Below are positions 10,371-20,447 of a stretch of DNA of 57,421 nucleotides, piece after piece; within the stretch, counting starts at the first letter, position 1, and every line of letters begins with the position of its first letter. The translations under genes and the position numbers were made by a program. Source of the stretch: a virus. Lineage: Duplodnaviria > Caudoviricetes. The notes under the pieces are model-generated. The model had not been told where the DNA came from. It searched no databases and saw only the letters and a program-made list of their open reading frames with translations. The stretch lies in IMG/VR virus record IMGVR_UViG_3300030202_000014, positions 1 to 57,421 of that record, one strand, 5' to 3'.

Positions 10371-11210
10371 ATGTCTTTTTATGACTCCTCTGATGCCCTC
10401 TATGGCACAGGTAGGTATGGCTCTGCAAGTTACGGAAGCGTAGCTCCTAATGTAGCCTTATCGGGGGTTAGTGCAACTGGCGCAATAGAAACTGTAAGCG
10501 TTGGTGGTTTTGAAATTGACATATCTGAGAACTTACTCAGTGTATCTGCAACAGGTTCAATTGGTACTCTAGGTGTTGGTGTAAGTAAAACACTAACTGG
10601 CGTAAGTGCTACTGGTAGTATTAACACAGTCAAAGAAAATGTTGCAGAAGAAATAGGTAGCGTATCAGCTACAGGTGCAGTAGGCACAATAGAACCACAA
10701 GTAGACGAAGACTTAAACAGTGTATCAGCTACAGGTTCAATAGGAACACTTACAGTAAACGTAAGTGAAACTATAGCAAGTGTATCTGCAACTGGTGCAA
10801 TAGCCACAGTAGAAGCTAAAACTGCTGAAAACTTATTAAATGTAACAGCTACATTTACTATAGGTACAATTAAACCAAATGTATCTGAGAGCCTAGCATC
10901 TGTATCTGGAACATTTGGTTCTCCTTCAGTAACAGCTAGATCATCTTCTAAAGCTGAGATTGTAGGGTTAGAGCTAACTGGTGGTATTACAGAACCAGAA
11001 GCAACAGTAGATGAAGCATTAGAAAGTGCATCTGCAACATTAGAACTAGGTAATATTAGTGTAGGTGTTACCGAAAAACTAGCAAGTGTATCTGCTTCTG
11101 CTATAGTAAATTTACCAGTAGGAAACGTAACATCAATTCAATTTGATTACGAGGCAGTTAAACACAGATACAATAAACGTAGAACTGTTATATTACCGAG
11201 GGCAGCATAA
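10371..11210 (+). CDS. Repeat-containing structural protein
   Basis: About ten ~19-aa repeats SVSATG(S/A)IGT. Confidence 0.65.
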   Translation: MSFYDSSDALYGTGRYGSASYGSVAPNVALSGVSATGAIETVSVGGFEIDISENLLSVSATGSIGTLGVGVSKTLTGVSATGSINTVKENVAEEIGSVSATGAVGTIEPQVDEDLNSVSATGSIGTLTVNVSETIASVSATGAIATVEAKTAENLLNVTATFTIGTIKPNVSESLASVSGTFGSPSVTARSSSKAEIVGLELTGGITEPEATVDEALESASATLELGNISVGVTEKLASVSASAIVNLPVGNVTSIQFDYEAVKHRYNKRRTVILPRAA

Positions 11211-11395
11211 TGCCATCAACGCAGTTTGAAAGAACAGTTTTAGTTAGAAGTCAATCAAGGATTGTATACATTGATCCTGCAACATTGACTACAACAAAAG
11301 AACGAACAGTAATAGTAGAACAACAAGATAGAAAAGTTTTTATGGAAAGAAAACCTACATCAGCAGATCGTGTTGTTTATGCAAATGAGGATTAA
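11210..11395 (+). CDS. Hypothetical structural-module protein
   Basis: Translationally coupled (TAATG); repeated RTVxV motif. Confidence 0.6.
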   Translation: MPSTQFERTVLVRSQSRIVYIDPATLTTTKERTVIVEQQDRKVFMERKPTSADRVVYANED

Positions 11396-11398
11396 TAT

Positions 11399-11746
11399 AT
11401 GAGTTTTCGTTGGCCTAGTAAAGACCCAGATGAAACATTAGACTACAGTGTAGATTGGTCACGATTTCTTGACACAGCAACTATCAACTCTGTTATATGG
11501 TTTGTAAAGTCATCTTTATATAATACAAAAACAAGATTAAATGCAGGAGAAACATTATCGTTTGCTTCTAGTAACGCTGTAACAGATAGCATTCAAAATG
11601 TATCTCAGACAAATACTAATACTGTAGCAACAATAAATATATCTGGTGGACAGAATAATGTAGAGTATACTTTCTTTTGTCAGATGACAGACGATACAGG
11701 AAGCACAGCAGAGCGTAGTATTAAGTTAAGACTGAAGGAACGTTAA
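11399..11746 (+). CDS. Putative fibre/tail adaptor protein
   Basis: KDPDETLDYSVDW motif. Confidence 0.6.
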   Translation: MSFRWPSKDPDETLDYSVDWSRFLDTATINSVIWFVKSSLYNTKTRLNAGETLSFASSNAVTDSIQNVSQTNTNTVATINISGGQNNVEYTFFCQMTDDTGSTAERSIKLRLKER

Positions 11747-11747
11747 T

Positions 11748-12467
11748 ATGGCATATGATTATCTTGGACTTGTCAATGACGTAAACCGTAGACTTAATGA
11801 AGTTGAGCTAACATCAACTAACTTTGGTACAGCTACTGGTGAATACTCAATGATTAAAGATGCAGTAAATTCATCTATACGTTATATAAATCAACATGAA
11901 TATGAATGGCCCTTTAATCATGTAACAGCAGATGAAACTATGACTGCAGGTGTTGTACGTTATGCATTTCCTACAGATGCAAAAACAATAGACTTTGATA
12001 GTTTTAGAATCAAACGAAATGATACACTAGGAAATGATACTAGACGTATTAAAGTAATGTCATACGAAGAATATTTAGACAAACATGTAGATATAGAGTA
12101 TAATACATCTGCAAACAGATCAATGCCCGATTTTGTTTTTAGAGCACCTAACCAAGAATTTGGCTTTGTAAAAAATCCTGACAAAGCATACGAATATGTT
12201 TATGAGTATTATCGTTTACCTGTCGATCTATTAAATACTACAGATGTTCCTACTGTACCAGAACAGTTTCGCTACATTATTGTAAATGGGGCTATGCACT
12301 TTGCCTATATGTTTAGAGGTGAAACACAGGAAGCACAGGTAACACAAGCAAGGTTTATGGAAGAAATAAAAAGTATGCGTAGTCTGTATGTGAATAGATA
12401 TGACTATGTTAGGTCTACTGCTATAACACAAAGTAATACATCAGTTAGTTCTTTTAGGGTGTTTTAA
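11748..12467 (+). CDS. Head-tail adaptor (tail tubular protein A-like)
   Basis: N-terminal YLGLVNDVNRRLNE and WPF motif; precedes the nozzle gene. Confidence 0.7.
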   Translation: MAYDYLGLVNDVNRRLNEVELTSTNFGTATGEYSMIKDAVNSSIRYINQHEYEWPFNHVTADETMTAGVVRYAFPTDAKTIDFDSFRIKRNDTLGNDTRRIKVMSYEEYLDKHVDIEYNTSANRSMPDFVFRAPNQEFGFVKNPDKAYEYVYEYYRLPVDLLNTTDVPTVPEQFRYIIVNGAMHFAYMFRGETQEAQVTQARFMEEIKSMRSLYVNRYDYVRSTAITQSNTSVSSFRVF

Positions 12468-12470
12468 TGT

Positions 12471-14894
12471 ATGCCTACCAATCGTCAAACATTTCCCATT
12501 CAGTTTAGCGGTGGGCTAATAACAAACATGAGTCCGTTGCAACAGGGTATGCAAATGCCCGGTTCTGCACGAATACTCAGAAACTTTGAGCCATCTATTG
12601 AGGGTGGATATAAACGAATACTAGGTTATGATAAGTACGACTTAGATATTATACCACCCTATGGTATACCTGTAGTAAATGGTGCATCACAAACTGGTAC
12701 AACTTTAAACATTGCAAATATTAGAAAAACACCAGAACAAAATGACAAGTTTAAATTAGTACATGTTACTGCAAACATAAACGGTACATCTACTATTGCT
12801 ACTGCAAATGGTCCAACTGCTCTTGTTAATGGTGCGGTAACTGCAGATAACACAATAATAGTGGATACAGTTGCTGCAGGTACTATAGCAAAAGGACAAG
12901 CTGTAACAGGAGTAGGTATTCCAAGTAACGTTACAGTATCTAGTGTTACAGCAGGGGCAGCAGGTAATTTTACTGTAGTACTTTCTAGTAATATAACTGT
13001 AGCAGATAACCTAGCGTTACAGTTTACTTTTAAAACTACTACATTTGCAGTAGATGGTGTGGTAGGTACAATTGTAACAGGCATGGAAATTGTTGGTACT
13101 GGTATACCAAGAGGCACAACAGTACAAGCTTTTTCATCACCAAATGTTACAATAGGTAGTGCAGCAGATACATTATCATTAGTTCTTACAGATGACACTG
13201 CACTAGAGTTTAAAACTGAATATACTATTGGTGCAAGCGTTACCTTTGATGATGATGAGAATAGAGCAACAATAGGTATATCACCTGCTCTTACTGCATC
13301 ACCTGCTAATGGAGATGAGGTAGAGTTTACAAGTACAAATACTAATCACCTTACAATAGGTTGTGGTGTATTTCTTGACTCAGTTATTGTAGCTAGAAAC
13401 GAAAGTTTAATTAAAACATCTGGCACTGGGTTCTCACTTGTAAATGTACCAGTATACGGAACTGTATTAGTAGATGGTGCATCTCAAACAGGTAGTAGTT
13501 TAGTAGTAGACGGATTAGACTCTACACCACAACTAGGCGATATATTTAAAATTGCAGGTGTAGATAAAATATATACAGTAACTGCAACACCAACAGTTAC
13601 ATCAGGTGGAGCTACAATAGCAATTGATCCTGCGCTTGCTAGTTCACCTGCAGATAATGCGGCATTAACTTTTTTAAGTACATCAAGAGAAAATGGTGGT
13701 AAAACTAGATTTTCTAGGTATAACTATACAGGATCAGAAAAAATTGCAATAGTTGATAGTATCAACGTTCCTGCATTATACAATGGTTCTCAGTTTACCG
13801 CACTTAATGATGCACCCACAGATGTAAATGCAGCAGAGTTTGTAGTAAGTTTTAAGAACCACCTATTCTTTGGCAAAAATAACTTACTAACTTTTACTGC
13901 TCCCTTTACAGATACTGACTTTACAGCAGCTAACGGTTCTGGTACAATATCTGTAGGCGCAAATATCACTGGTCTAATTGTATTTAGACAACAACTTATT
14001 ATCTTTACCGAGTCATCTATATTTCAACTATTAGGAAATACGATAGGAGACTTTAACTTACAACCAGTAACCACAGACATTGGTTGTGTAGATAAAGATA
14101 CCATACAAGAAGTTGGTGGTGACGTAATGTTTCTTGGTCCAGATGGTCTAAGACTTCTAAGTGGTACAGAGAGAATTGGTGACTTTGGATTAGGTGTTGT
14201 ATCCAAAACAATACAGAAAGAAGTAACAGACTTTATTACAGCTAACACATCTTTTACAAGTGTAGTCATACGTAATAAATCACAGTACAGAATACTAGGT
14301 TACAATAATAATATAGGACAAGCAAACGCTCAAGGCATACTTGGTACACAGATGGCAGGTCAAGGTGGCGAGGGAATGTCATGGGCAGATTTAAGAGGAA
14401 TAAGAGCATACGTAGCAGACAGTAGGTTTTTCCAAAATGCAGAAACAATTGTATTTGCAAACGATGATGGATACCTATACCAAATGGAAGAAGGTAACAG
14501 CTTTGATGGAAGTAACATTCAAACAACTTTTGCTACACCGTATATGCCAATCAATGATCCAAGAATACGTAAGACATTTTACAAGATGTTTTTGTATACT
14601 GATCCACAAGGTAGTGTTTCGTTTGACGTAAGTTTGAAACTAGACTTTGACCAAAAGAATAGTGTACAGCCTACAAAGATTGACTTTAACAATGCTACAG
14701 GAACAGTTGCATTTATGGGCGCAGCTACATTTGGATCATCTGCAGTGTATAGCTCCAAACTAAAGACACTGTTTGAAACACAAATAATTGGATCAGCTTT
14801 TGTTGTATCTCTACAGTACACATCAGATAGCGTAGACCCCCCATTTTCATTAGACGCTATTACACTAGAGTACACAACCAACACACGAAGGTAA
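12471..14894 (+). CDS. Tail nozzle / stabilisation protein (tail tubular protein B-like) with inserted beta domains
   Basis: FSGGL...NFEPSIEGGYKRI N-terminus, propeller-like core (DIGC, FLGPDGLR), 807 aa. Confidence 0.75.
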   Translation: MPTNRQTFPIQFSGGLITNMSPLQQGMQMPGSARILRNFEPSIEGGYKRILGYDKYDLDIIPPYGIPVVNGASQTGTTLNIANIRKTPEQNDKFKLVHVTANINGTSTIATANGPTALVNGAVTADNTIIVDTVAAGTIAKGQAVTGVGIPSNVTVSSVTAGAAGNFTVVLSSNITVADNLALQFTFKTTTFAVDGVVGTIVTGMEIVGTGIPRGTTVQAFSSPNVTIGSAADTLSLVLTDDTALEFKTEYTIGASVTFDDDENRATIGISPALTASPANGDEVEFTSTNTNHLTIGCGVFLDSVIVARNESLIKTSGTGFSLVNVPVYGTVLVDGASQTGSSLVVDGLDSTPQLGDIFKIAGVDKIYTVTATPTVTSGGATIAIDPALASSPADNAALTFLSTSRENGGKTRFSRYNYTGSEKIAIVDSINVPALYNGSQFTALNDAPTDVNAAEFVVSFKNHLFFGKNNLLTFTAPFTDTDFTAANGSGTISVGANITGLIVFRQQLIIFTESSIFQLLGNTIGDFNLQPVTTDIGCVDKDTIQEVGGDVMFLGPDGLRLLSGTERIGDFGLGVVSKTIQKEVTDFITANTSFTSVVIRNKSQYRILGYNNNIGQANAQGILGTQMAGQGGEGMSWADLRGIRAYVADSRFFQNAETIVFANDDGYLYQMEEGNSFDGSNIQTTFATPYMPINDPRIRKTFYKMFLYTDPQGSVSFDVSLKLDFDQKNSVQPTKIDFNNATGTVAFMGAATFGSSAVYSSKLKTLFETQIIGSAFVVSLQYTSDSVDPPFSLDAITLEYTTNTRR

Positions 14895-14900
14895 AATAAT

Positions 14901-16457
14901 ATGGGTACAGGTTACACACGGAACGATACAGCAAACAACATTGCTGACGGTAACGTTATTAACGCTGCAGACTTTGACGGTGAATATGACGCAATTGAAG
15001 CTGCATTTAATTCTTCTACAGGCCACACACACGATGGTACTGCTGCAGAAGGTGGTGCTATTACAGTTATTGGTCCTGCCCAACAACTAGTAGCAACATC
15101 TACAGCTATTAATCCAAGCACCAATGCAGGGTTAGACTTGGGTACATCATCACTACAGTTTAAAGATTTGTACGTTGACGGTGTTGCTTATATAGATAGT
15201 TTTAGTGGAGACATGTCTGTTGGCACAAACAATAAGCTACAATTCCGTGATGCAGACTTGTCTATTAACTCTAGTGCAGATGGTCAACTAGATGTTGTAG
15301 CGGATACTACAGTAAAACTTACTTCACCAGAAGTTATTATGACAGATGATGTAAGGCTAAAAAGTGATGCCTCTATTCTTACATTTGGTGCAGATGACGA
15401 TGTTAAACTTACACACGTAGCTGACACAGGTCTTGGTGCTACAGCAGCCAGTGGGTTTCAACTATCATTACAAACATCAGATATATCTGTAGACAGTGGT
15501 AATACAATTGGTAAGATTAGCTTTAATGCTCCACTAGAAGACAGTGGTACAGATGCTATTCTTGTAGGTGCAGAGATTGAAGCACAAGCAGAAGCAAACT
15601 TTGGTGCTGCAGATAACTCTACTGCTCTTATCTTTAAAACAAATACAAGTGCTGCAGCTACAGAACGTATGCGTATCAAGTCAGATGGTGATATACTATT
15701 TACTGGTGCATCAGCCAACATGACATGGGATACTAGTGCTAATGCATTAGACTTTGCTGATAACGCTAGTGCTGTTTTTGGTACAGGTGATGACCTTACA
15801 ATTAAACATGATGGTACAAACACAAGTATTGTAAACACTACAGGTGAGCTTACAGTACAGGGTGATGGTATTACCGTACAAAGTAATACTGGTACTGAAA
15901 AGTATATGGATATGGATGTTAACGGTGCAGTTAATCTATACCATAACAATGTAAAGAAAATTGAAACAACAGCAGATGGTGTAGATGTTAGTGGAGACAT
16001 TAGTGTTGGTAATCTTAACGTAGATGCAAATACAATATCTTCTACAGATACAAATGGTAACATAAATCTATCACCAAATGGTACAGGTACTGTTGTAATC
16101 AATACTGATCTTGATGTAGATAACGTTAATATAAATGGTAATGCTATCACATCAACAGATACCAATGGAAACATTGACATAAATCCGAATGGCACTGGTA
16201 TCGTTAAACTAAAATATAACAATTCGGATGTATTAGTAACAAGTGCCACTGGTGCAACTTTGACAGGTGCGATTGCTGCAACTACTTTTAGTGGTCAGTT
16301 AGATGGTACTATATCGTCAGCTACAACAGCAACAACACAGAGTGCAGGTGATGATAGTGCAAAGGTAGCAACAACTGCATATGTTGATAATGCTACAGGA
16401 ACTGGAACAACAGCATCTGACGCAAACGCACTTGCATTCGCAATAGCTTTAGGGTAA
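14901..16457 (+). CDS. Tail fibre protein (proximal)
   Basis: N-terminal anchor (GHTHDG), TDTNGNI repeats, KVATTAYV motif, ends AIALG. Confidence 0.75.
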   Translation: MGTGYTRNDTANNIADGNVINAADFDGEYDAIEAAFNSSTGHTHDGTAAEGGAITVIGPAQQLVATSTAINPSTNAGLDLGTSSLQFKDLYVDGVAYIDSFSGDMSVGTNNKLQFRDADLSINSSADGQLDVVADTTVKLTSPEVIMTDDVRLKSDASILTFGADDDVKLTHVADTGLGATAASGFQLSLQTSDISVDSGNTIGKISFNAPLEDSGTDAILVGAEIEAQAEANFGAADNSTALIFKTNTSAAATERMRIKSDGDILFTGASANMTWDTSANALDFADNASAVFGTGDDLTIKHDGTNTSIVNTTGELTVQGDGITVQSNTGTEKYMDMDVNGAVNLYHNNVKKIETTADGVDVSGDISVGNLNVDANTISSTDTNGNINLSPNGTGTVVINTDLDVDNVNINGNAITSTDTNGNIDINPNGTGIVKLKYNNSDVLVTSATGATLTGAIAATTFSGQLDGTISSATTATTQSAGDDSAKVATTAYVDNATGTGTTASDANALAFAIALG

Positions 16458-16463
16458 AATAAA

Positions 16464-16775
16464 ATGGCAAACACTTTTAAAAATTATGTAAGTAGTTCGG
16501 CTGTAGGCACTTCAGAAGTAACAATCTACACCGTACCATCAAGTACTACTGCAGTTATCATTGGTTGTAACATAGCTAATGTAACAAGTAGTCAAATAAG
16601 AGTCACTGTAAAGGTTGCAGACACACATGTTGTGAAAGACGTACCTATACCTGCAAACTCTGCAATATCTGTTTTAGATGGTAAAATAATTGCAGAAACA
16701 ACAGACACTGTAAAGGTAACATCTAACACAGCATCAAGTGCTGATGTAATAGTGAGTGCATTGGAGCAAACATAA
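16464..16775 (+). CDS. Small tail-fibre-associated protein
   Basis: MANTFKN...YTVP type that typically follows fibres ending in AIALG. Confidence 0.6.
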   Translation: MANTFKNYVSSSAVGTSEVTIYTVPSSTTAVIIGCNIANVTSSQIRVTVKVADTHVVKDVPIPANSAISVLDGKIIAETTDTVKVTSNTASSADVIVSALEQT

Positions 16776-18163
16776 TGAGTAAATATATTGGAGCTACTGT
16801 AGTAAATCTCAGTGTAGACACTGTAGATGTTACAGGCGATATTACAGCTACTGATAGTACACCAGAACTTATATTACTAAACGACACACACGAAGATACT
16901 GATGGTGGTCGTGAAGGTAAGATAACGTTTAAGGGTGAGCAGTCAGGTGGTGAAGTTACAGTATTAGCACAGATACAGTCTGGACATGATGGTACATCAG
17001 ACGATGAAAAAGGCGATTTGATATTTAAGACTAATGACGGTTCTGATGGTGCTAGTCCAACTGAGAGGCTACGGATAGATAGTGATGGAGTAACTACATT
17101 TACTGGAAATATAGCTAATACCTCTGGTGATTTAACACTTGATATAGTGGGTGACCTTATCATTGATGTTGACGGTGGTGATGTAAAGTTTAAAGATGAC
17201 GGAACAGAGTTTTCTCAGTATTACAAAGATGGAAATGACCTTGCTATTTACTCTTCAATTAGTGATGGTGATATAAAATTTCAGGGTAAAGATGGTAGTT
17301 CTGTTGTTACTGCTATGACTATTGATATGTCGGAAGGTGGCAAGATTGGAATGGGTACAACTTCCCCTGTAACAAATTTAGATGTAGTTACCGAAAGTGC
17401 AGGAACTTTAGCAAGAATAAGAAGTAACACTAATAGTAGTCCTTCAGCAGGATTACAGTTGATGCGTGGTACAACAAGTACTTTTGGAGGAGATGCGTAT
17501 ACTGATTATTCTATCGAAAATATAAACGGTGGGCATCTTGTGTTTAATCTTGCTGAAAATAGTAGCACAACAGAAATTATGCGTATAGAATCGGGTGCAG
17601 GAAAATTTTTAATAGGTACAACTACTGTTCAAGGTGCAGGCCATACTTTTTCCGCTAGTCAATATAATTTAGTTGCAGGAGCAACTAGCACATTACAAGT
17701 CGTTCAATTTAGAAACCCTAATGGTAAAATAGGAACGATTGTTTTAAGTGGTTCTAGCACAGCCTACAATACATCTTCAGATTATCGTCTAAAAGAAAAC
17801 GTAGAAACACTTTCTGGCGCAATAACACGAGTCAAAGCATTAAAACCAAAGCGTTTTAGTTGGATTGCTGATGAAGAAAATAGTGCAAATGTAGATGGTT
17901 TTCTAGCACACGAAGCTGCAACGGTAGTACCAGAAGCAGTAACAGGAACAAAAGATGAGGTAGAAGTTTGGCAAGATGATGATGTTTTACCAGACGGTGT
18001 TTCTGTAGGTGACAATAAGTTAGATGCGGATGGTAACACTATCCCAGAATATCAAGGAATTGACCAAGCCAAGTTAGTACCATTATTAACTGCTGCACTG
18101 CAAGAGGCAATAGCTAAGATTGAAACGCTAGAAACAAAAGTAGCGGCACTGGAGGGAGAATAA
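16775..18163 (+). CDS. Tail fibre/spike with C-terminal intramolecular chaperone (peptidase S74-like)
   Basis: TSSDYRLKEN cleavage motif, GFLAHE, C-terminal coiled coil. Confidence 0.85.
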   Translation: MSKYIGATVVNLSVDTVDVTGDITATDSTPELILLNDTHEDTDGGREGKITFKGEQSGGEVTVLAQIQSGHDGTSDDEKGDLIFKTNDGSDGASPTERLRIDSDGVTTFTGNIANTSGDLTLDIVGDLIIDVDGGDVKFKDDGTEFSQYYKDGNDLAIYSSISDGDIKFQGKDGSSVVTAMTIDMSEGGKIGMGTTSPVTNLDVVTESAGTLARIRSNTNSSPSAGLQLMRGTTSTFGGDAYTDYSIENINGGHLVFNLAENSSTTEIMRIESGAGKFLIGTTTVQGAGHTFSASQYNLVAGATSTLQVVQFRNPNGKIGTIVLSGSSTAYNTSSDYRLKENVETLSGAITRVKALKPKRFSWIADEENSANVDGFLAHEAATVVPEAVTGTKDEVEVWQDDDVLPDGVSVGDNKLDADGNTIPEYQGIDQAKLVPLLTAALQEAIAKIETLETKVAALEGE

Positions 18164-18164
18164 C

Positions 18165-20447
18165 ATGTCAGGATATATAGGCCCAATACCAGTACCACAG
18201 GGTATACAAGAAAAAGAAACGTTTACAGCAACTGCAGGGCAGACAACCTTTGGTACAAAAGGTTATACAGACGGTGCTTTTATTAATGTGTTCCTCAACG
18301 GTGTACGCCTTGTAAATGGTACAGACTATACAGCTACAAATGGTAGTGATGTAGTATTGGCATCTGGTGCTAATGCAGGTGATGTACTTGACTTTGAAAC
18401 AGTTAATCAAGTACAGCTAGTAAGCAACACTTCAACTACACCAATCTTTAAAACTAGTGCTACGCTAAAGAATGACACCGAAGAAGATACTGACGGTGGC
18501 AGAGAAAGCACTCTTATATTTCAAGGTGAACAGTCTGGTGGTGAGATTAGTACACTGGCTCAGATACAGGCATCACACGATGGCACATCTGATGACCAGA
18601 AGGGTGACTTAATCTTCAAGACTAATGATGGTAGTGATAACAATGCACCTACTGAGAGGCTACGTATAGATAGTAATGGCTCTATTATTACAGCAACACT
18701 AGGCACAAATAACACACATCTTGGAGAAGGTGCAGGTGCAGCTATAGTTTCTGGTGGCAATAATAATGTTCTTGTTGGTAAAGATGCAGGGAATGCAATA
18801 ACTACTGGAGATAAAAATACTGCAATAGGTGTTGGGGCTTTAGATGTAAATACAACTGCAAGCTTCAATACAGGCCTTGGGTACAATAGTTTAGGAGCTA
18901 ACATTACTGGTGTTCACAACACAGCAATAGGCAGTGAAGGTCAAGACGGTAGATCTGTACTACATAGTAACACAACAGGTGGCTATAATGTTGCTGTTGG
19001 TAATCAGGCTTTATCAAGCAATACTACTGCAAGCTACAACACAGCCGTTGGATACCAATCTCTTAACTTAAATACTACAGGTAGTTTAAACGTATCTGTT
19101 GGACTTAACGCTTTATATAACAATACTACCGCAAGCAACAACACAGCAGTAGGGTATGCGGCAGGGTCTGCTGTTACAACAGGTCAATATAGTACTTTTA
19201 TAGGTTCTGTTGCAGGAACCGCTACGACTACGGCAGATTGGAACACCTTTGTTGGTTATGAGGCAGGAAATGACAACACTACAGGAACTCAAAATACATT
19301 TTTAGGAGCAAGATCAGGTGATTTAAACACAACAGGTGGTTATGGCGTTGCTGTTGGTGTAAATTCATTAGGAGCAAACACAACAGGTAATTATAATACA
19401 GCGATTGGTAATGCTGCTTTACAATCCAACACCACCGCATCTCAAAACACAGCCGTTGGTTATCAAGCTATGTATACTAATACGACTGGTGTTGAAAGTG
19501 TTGCGGTAGGTTATGAGGCTTTAAGAGCTAACACAACTGCTCATACCAATCATGCCTTTGGATATAGAGCTTTGAAGGCTAATACTACTGGTGGGTCTAA
19601 TTGTGCTGTTGGTCATAATGCCCTTACAGCTAATGCCACTGGATCTGCTCAGACTGCTGTTGGATATGGTGCGCTTTCTAGTGAAACGACATCTGGTAAT
19701 AATACAGCAGTTGGCACTGATTCTTTAAAGACTCAAAATGGTGCTGCTAACAATACTGCTATTGGGTATCATGCAGGAGAAAATATAACAAGCGGCACTC
19801 AAAATACACTTGTAGGCTCACAAGCAGGAGATGAACTAACCACAGGTAATTACAATGTTATGGTAGGGTATGTAACAGGTACATACTCAACTAATAATAC
19901 AACTGGGTCTAGAAACACACTTGTAGGTTCATATACTAGAGCTATAGTTGGTGCTACTGACGATGCAAATGGTTTTGGACATGATATAAATGCTGACGGT
20001 GGTTACACAACAATCGGAGTAAGCACTAATGATATTAGGGCTTCTCATGGTAGCACAACATGGTCAACAGTATCAGATGAAAGATATAAAAAAGACATTA
20101 CGGACAGCACCGTTGGTTTGTCTTTTGTAAATGCATTACAACCAAGAACATTCAACTATAAAAACAAAGGTGAGCTTCCAGATACTTTTCGTGCCTATGA
20201 AGAAGGTTCTACTGAAGTATTCAAATCTTCTCAAACTCAACATGGATTTATAGCGCAAGAAGTAAAAACAGCTATTGAAGCAGATAGTGGAATAAAAGAT
20301 GGTTTTAAGTTATGGGATGAAAGAGAAGACGGTTCTCAAGAAGTTGCAGAAGCAGCACTAATACCTGTTTTAGTTAAGGCTATCCAAGAACTGTCAGCAA
20401 AGAACGGTGCATTGGAAGCTAGACTAGACGCATTGGAGGCAGAATAA
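18165..20447 (+). CDS. Tail fibre with 14-aa beta-roll repeats and S74-like chaperone
   Basis: Many NTTxxxNTAVG repeats; VSDERYKKDI; GFIAQEV. Confidence 0.85.
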   Translation: MSGYIGPIPVPQGIQEKETFTATAGQTTFGTKGYTDGAFINVFLNGVRLVNGTDYTATNGSDVVLASGANAGDVLDFETVNQVQLVSNTSTTPIFKTSATLKNDTEEDTDGGRESTLIFQGEQSGGEISTLAQIQASHDGTSDDQKGDLIFKTNDGSDNNAPTERLRIDSNGSIITATLGTNNTHLGEGAGAAIVSGGNNNVLVGKDAGNAITTGDKNTAIGVGALDVNTTASFNTGLGYNSLGANITGVHNTAIGSEGQDGRSVLHSNTTGGYNVAVGNQALSSNTTASYNTAVGYQSLNLNTTGSLNVSVGLNALYNNTTASNNTAVGYAAGSAVTTGQYSTFIGSVAGTATTTADWNTFVGYEAGNDNTTGTQNTFLGARSGDLNTTGGYGVAVGVNSLGANTTGNYNTAIGNAALQSNTTASQNTAVGYQAMYTNTTGVESVAVGYEALRANTTAHTNHAFGYRALKANTTGGSNCAVGHNALTANATGSAQTAVGYGALSSETTSGNNTAVGTDSLKTQNGAANNTAIGYHAGENITSGTQNTLVGSQAGDELTTGNYNVMVGYVTGTYSTNNTTGSRNTLVGSYTRAIVGATDDANGFGHDINADGGYTTIGVSTNDIRASHGSTTWSTVSDERYKKDITDSTVGLSFVNALQPRTFNYKNKGELPDTFRAYEEGSTEVFKSSQTQHGFIAQEVKTAIEADSGIKDGFKLWDEREDGSQEVAEAALIPVLVKAIQELSAKNGALEARLDALEAE

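Noticed and set aside
15458-16249. Long antisense ORFs (also 5870-6385, 12659-13198, 42401-42991, 52137-52736)
   Set aside because: They mirror real genes with biased codon use and have no RBS or recognisable motifs
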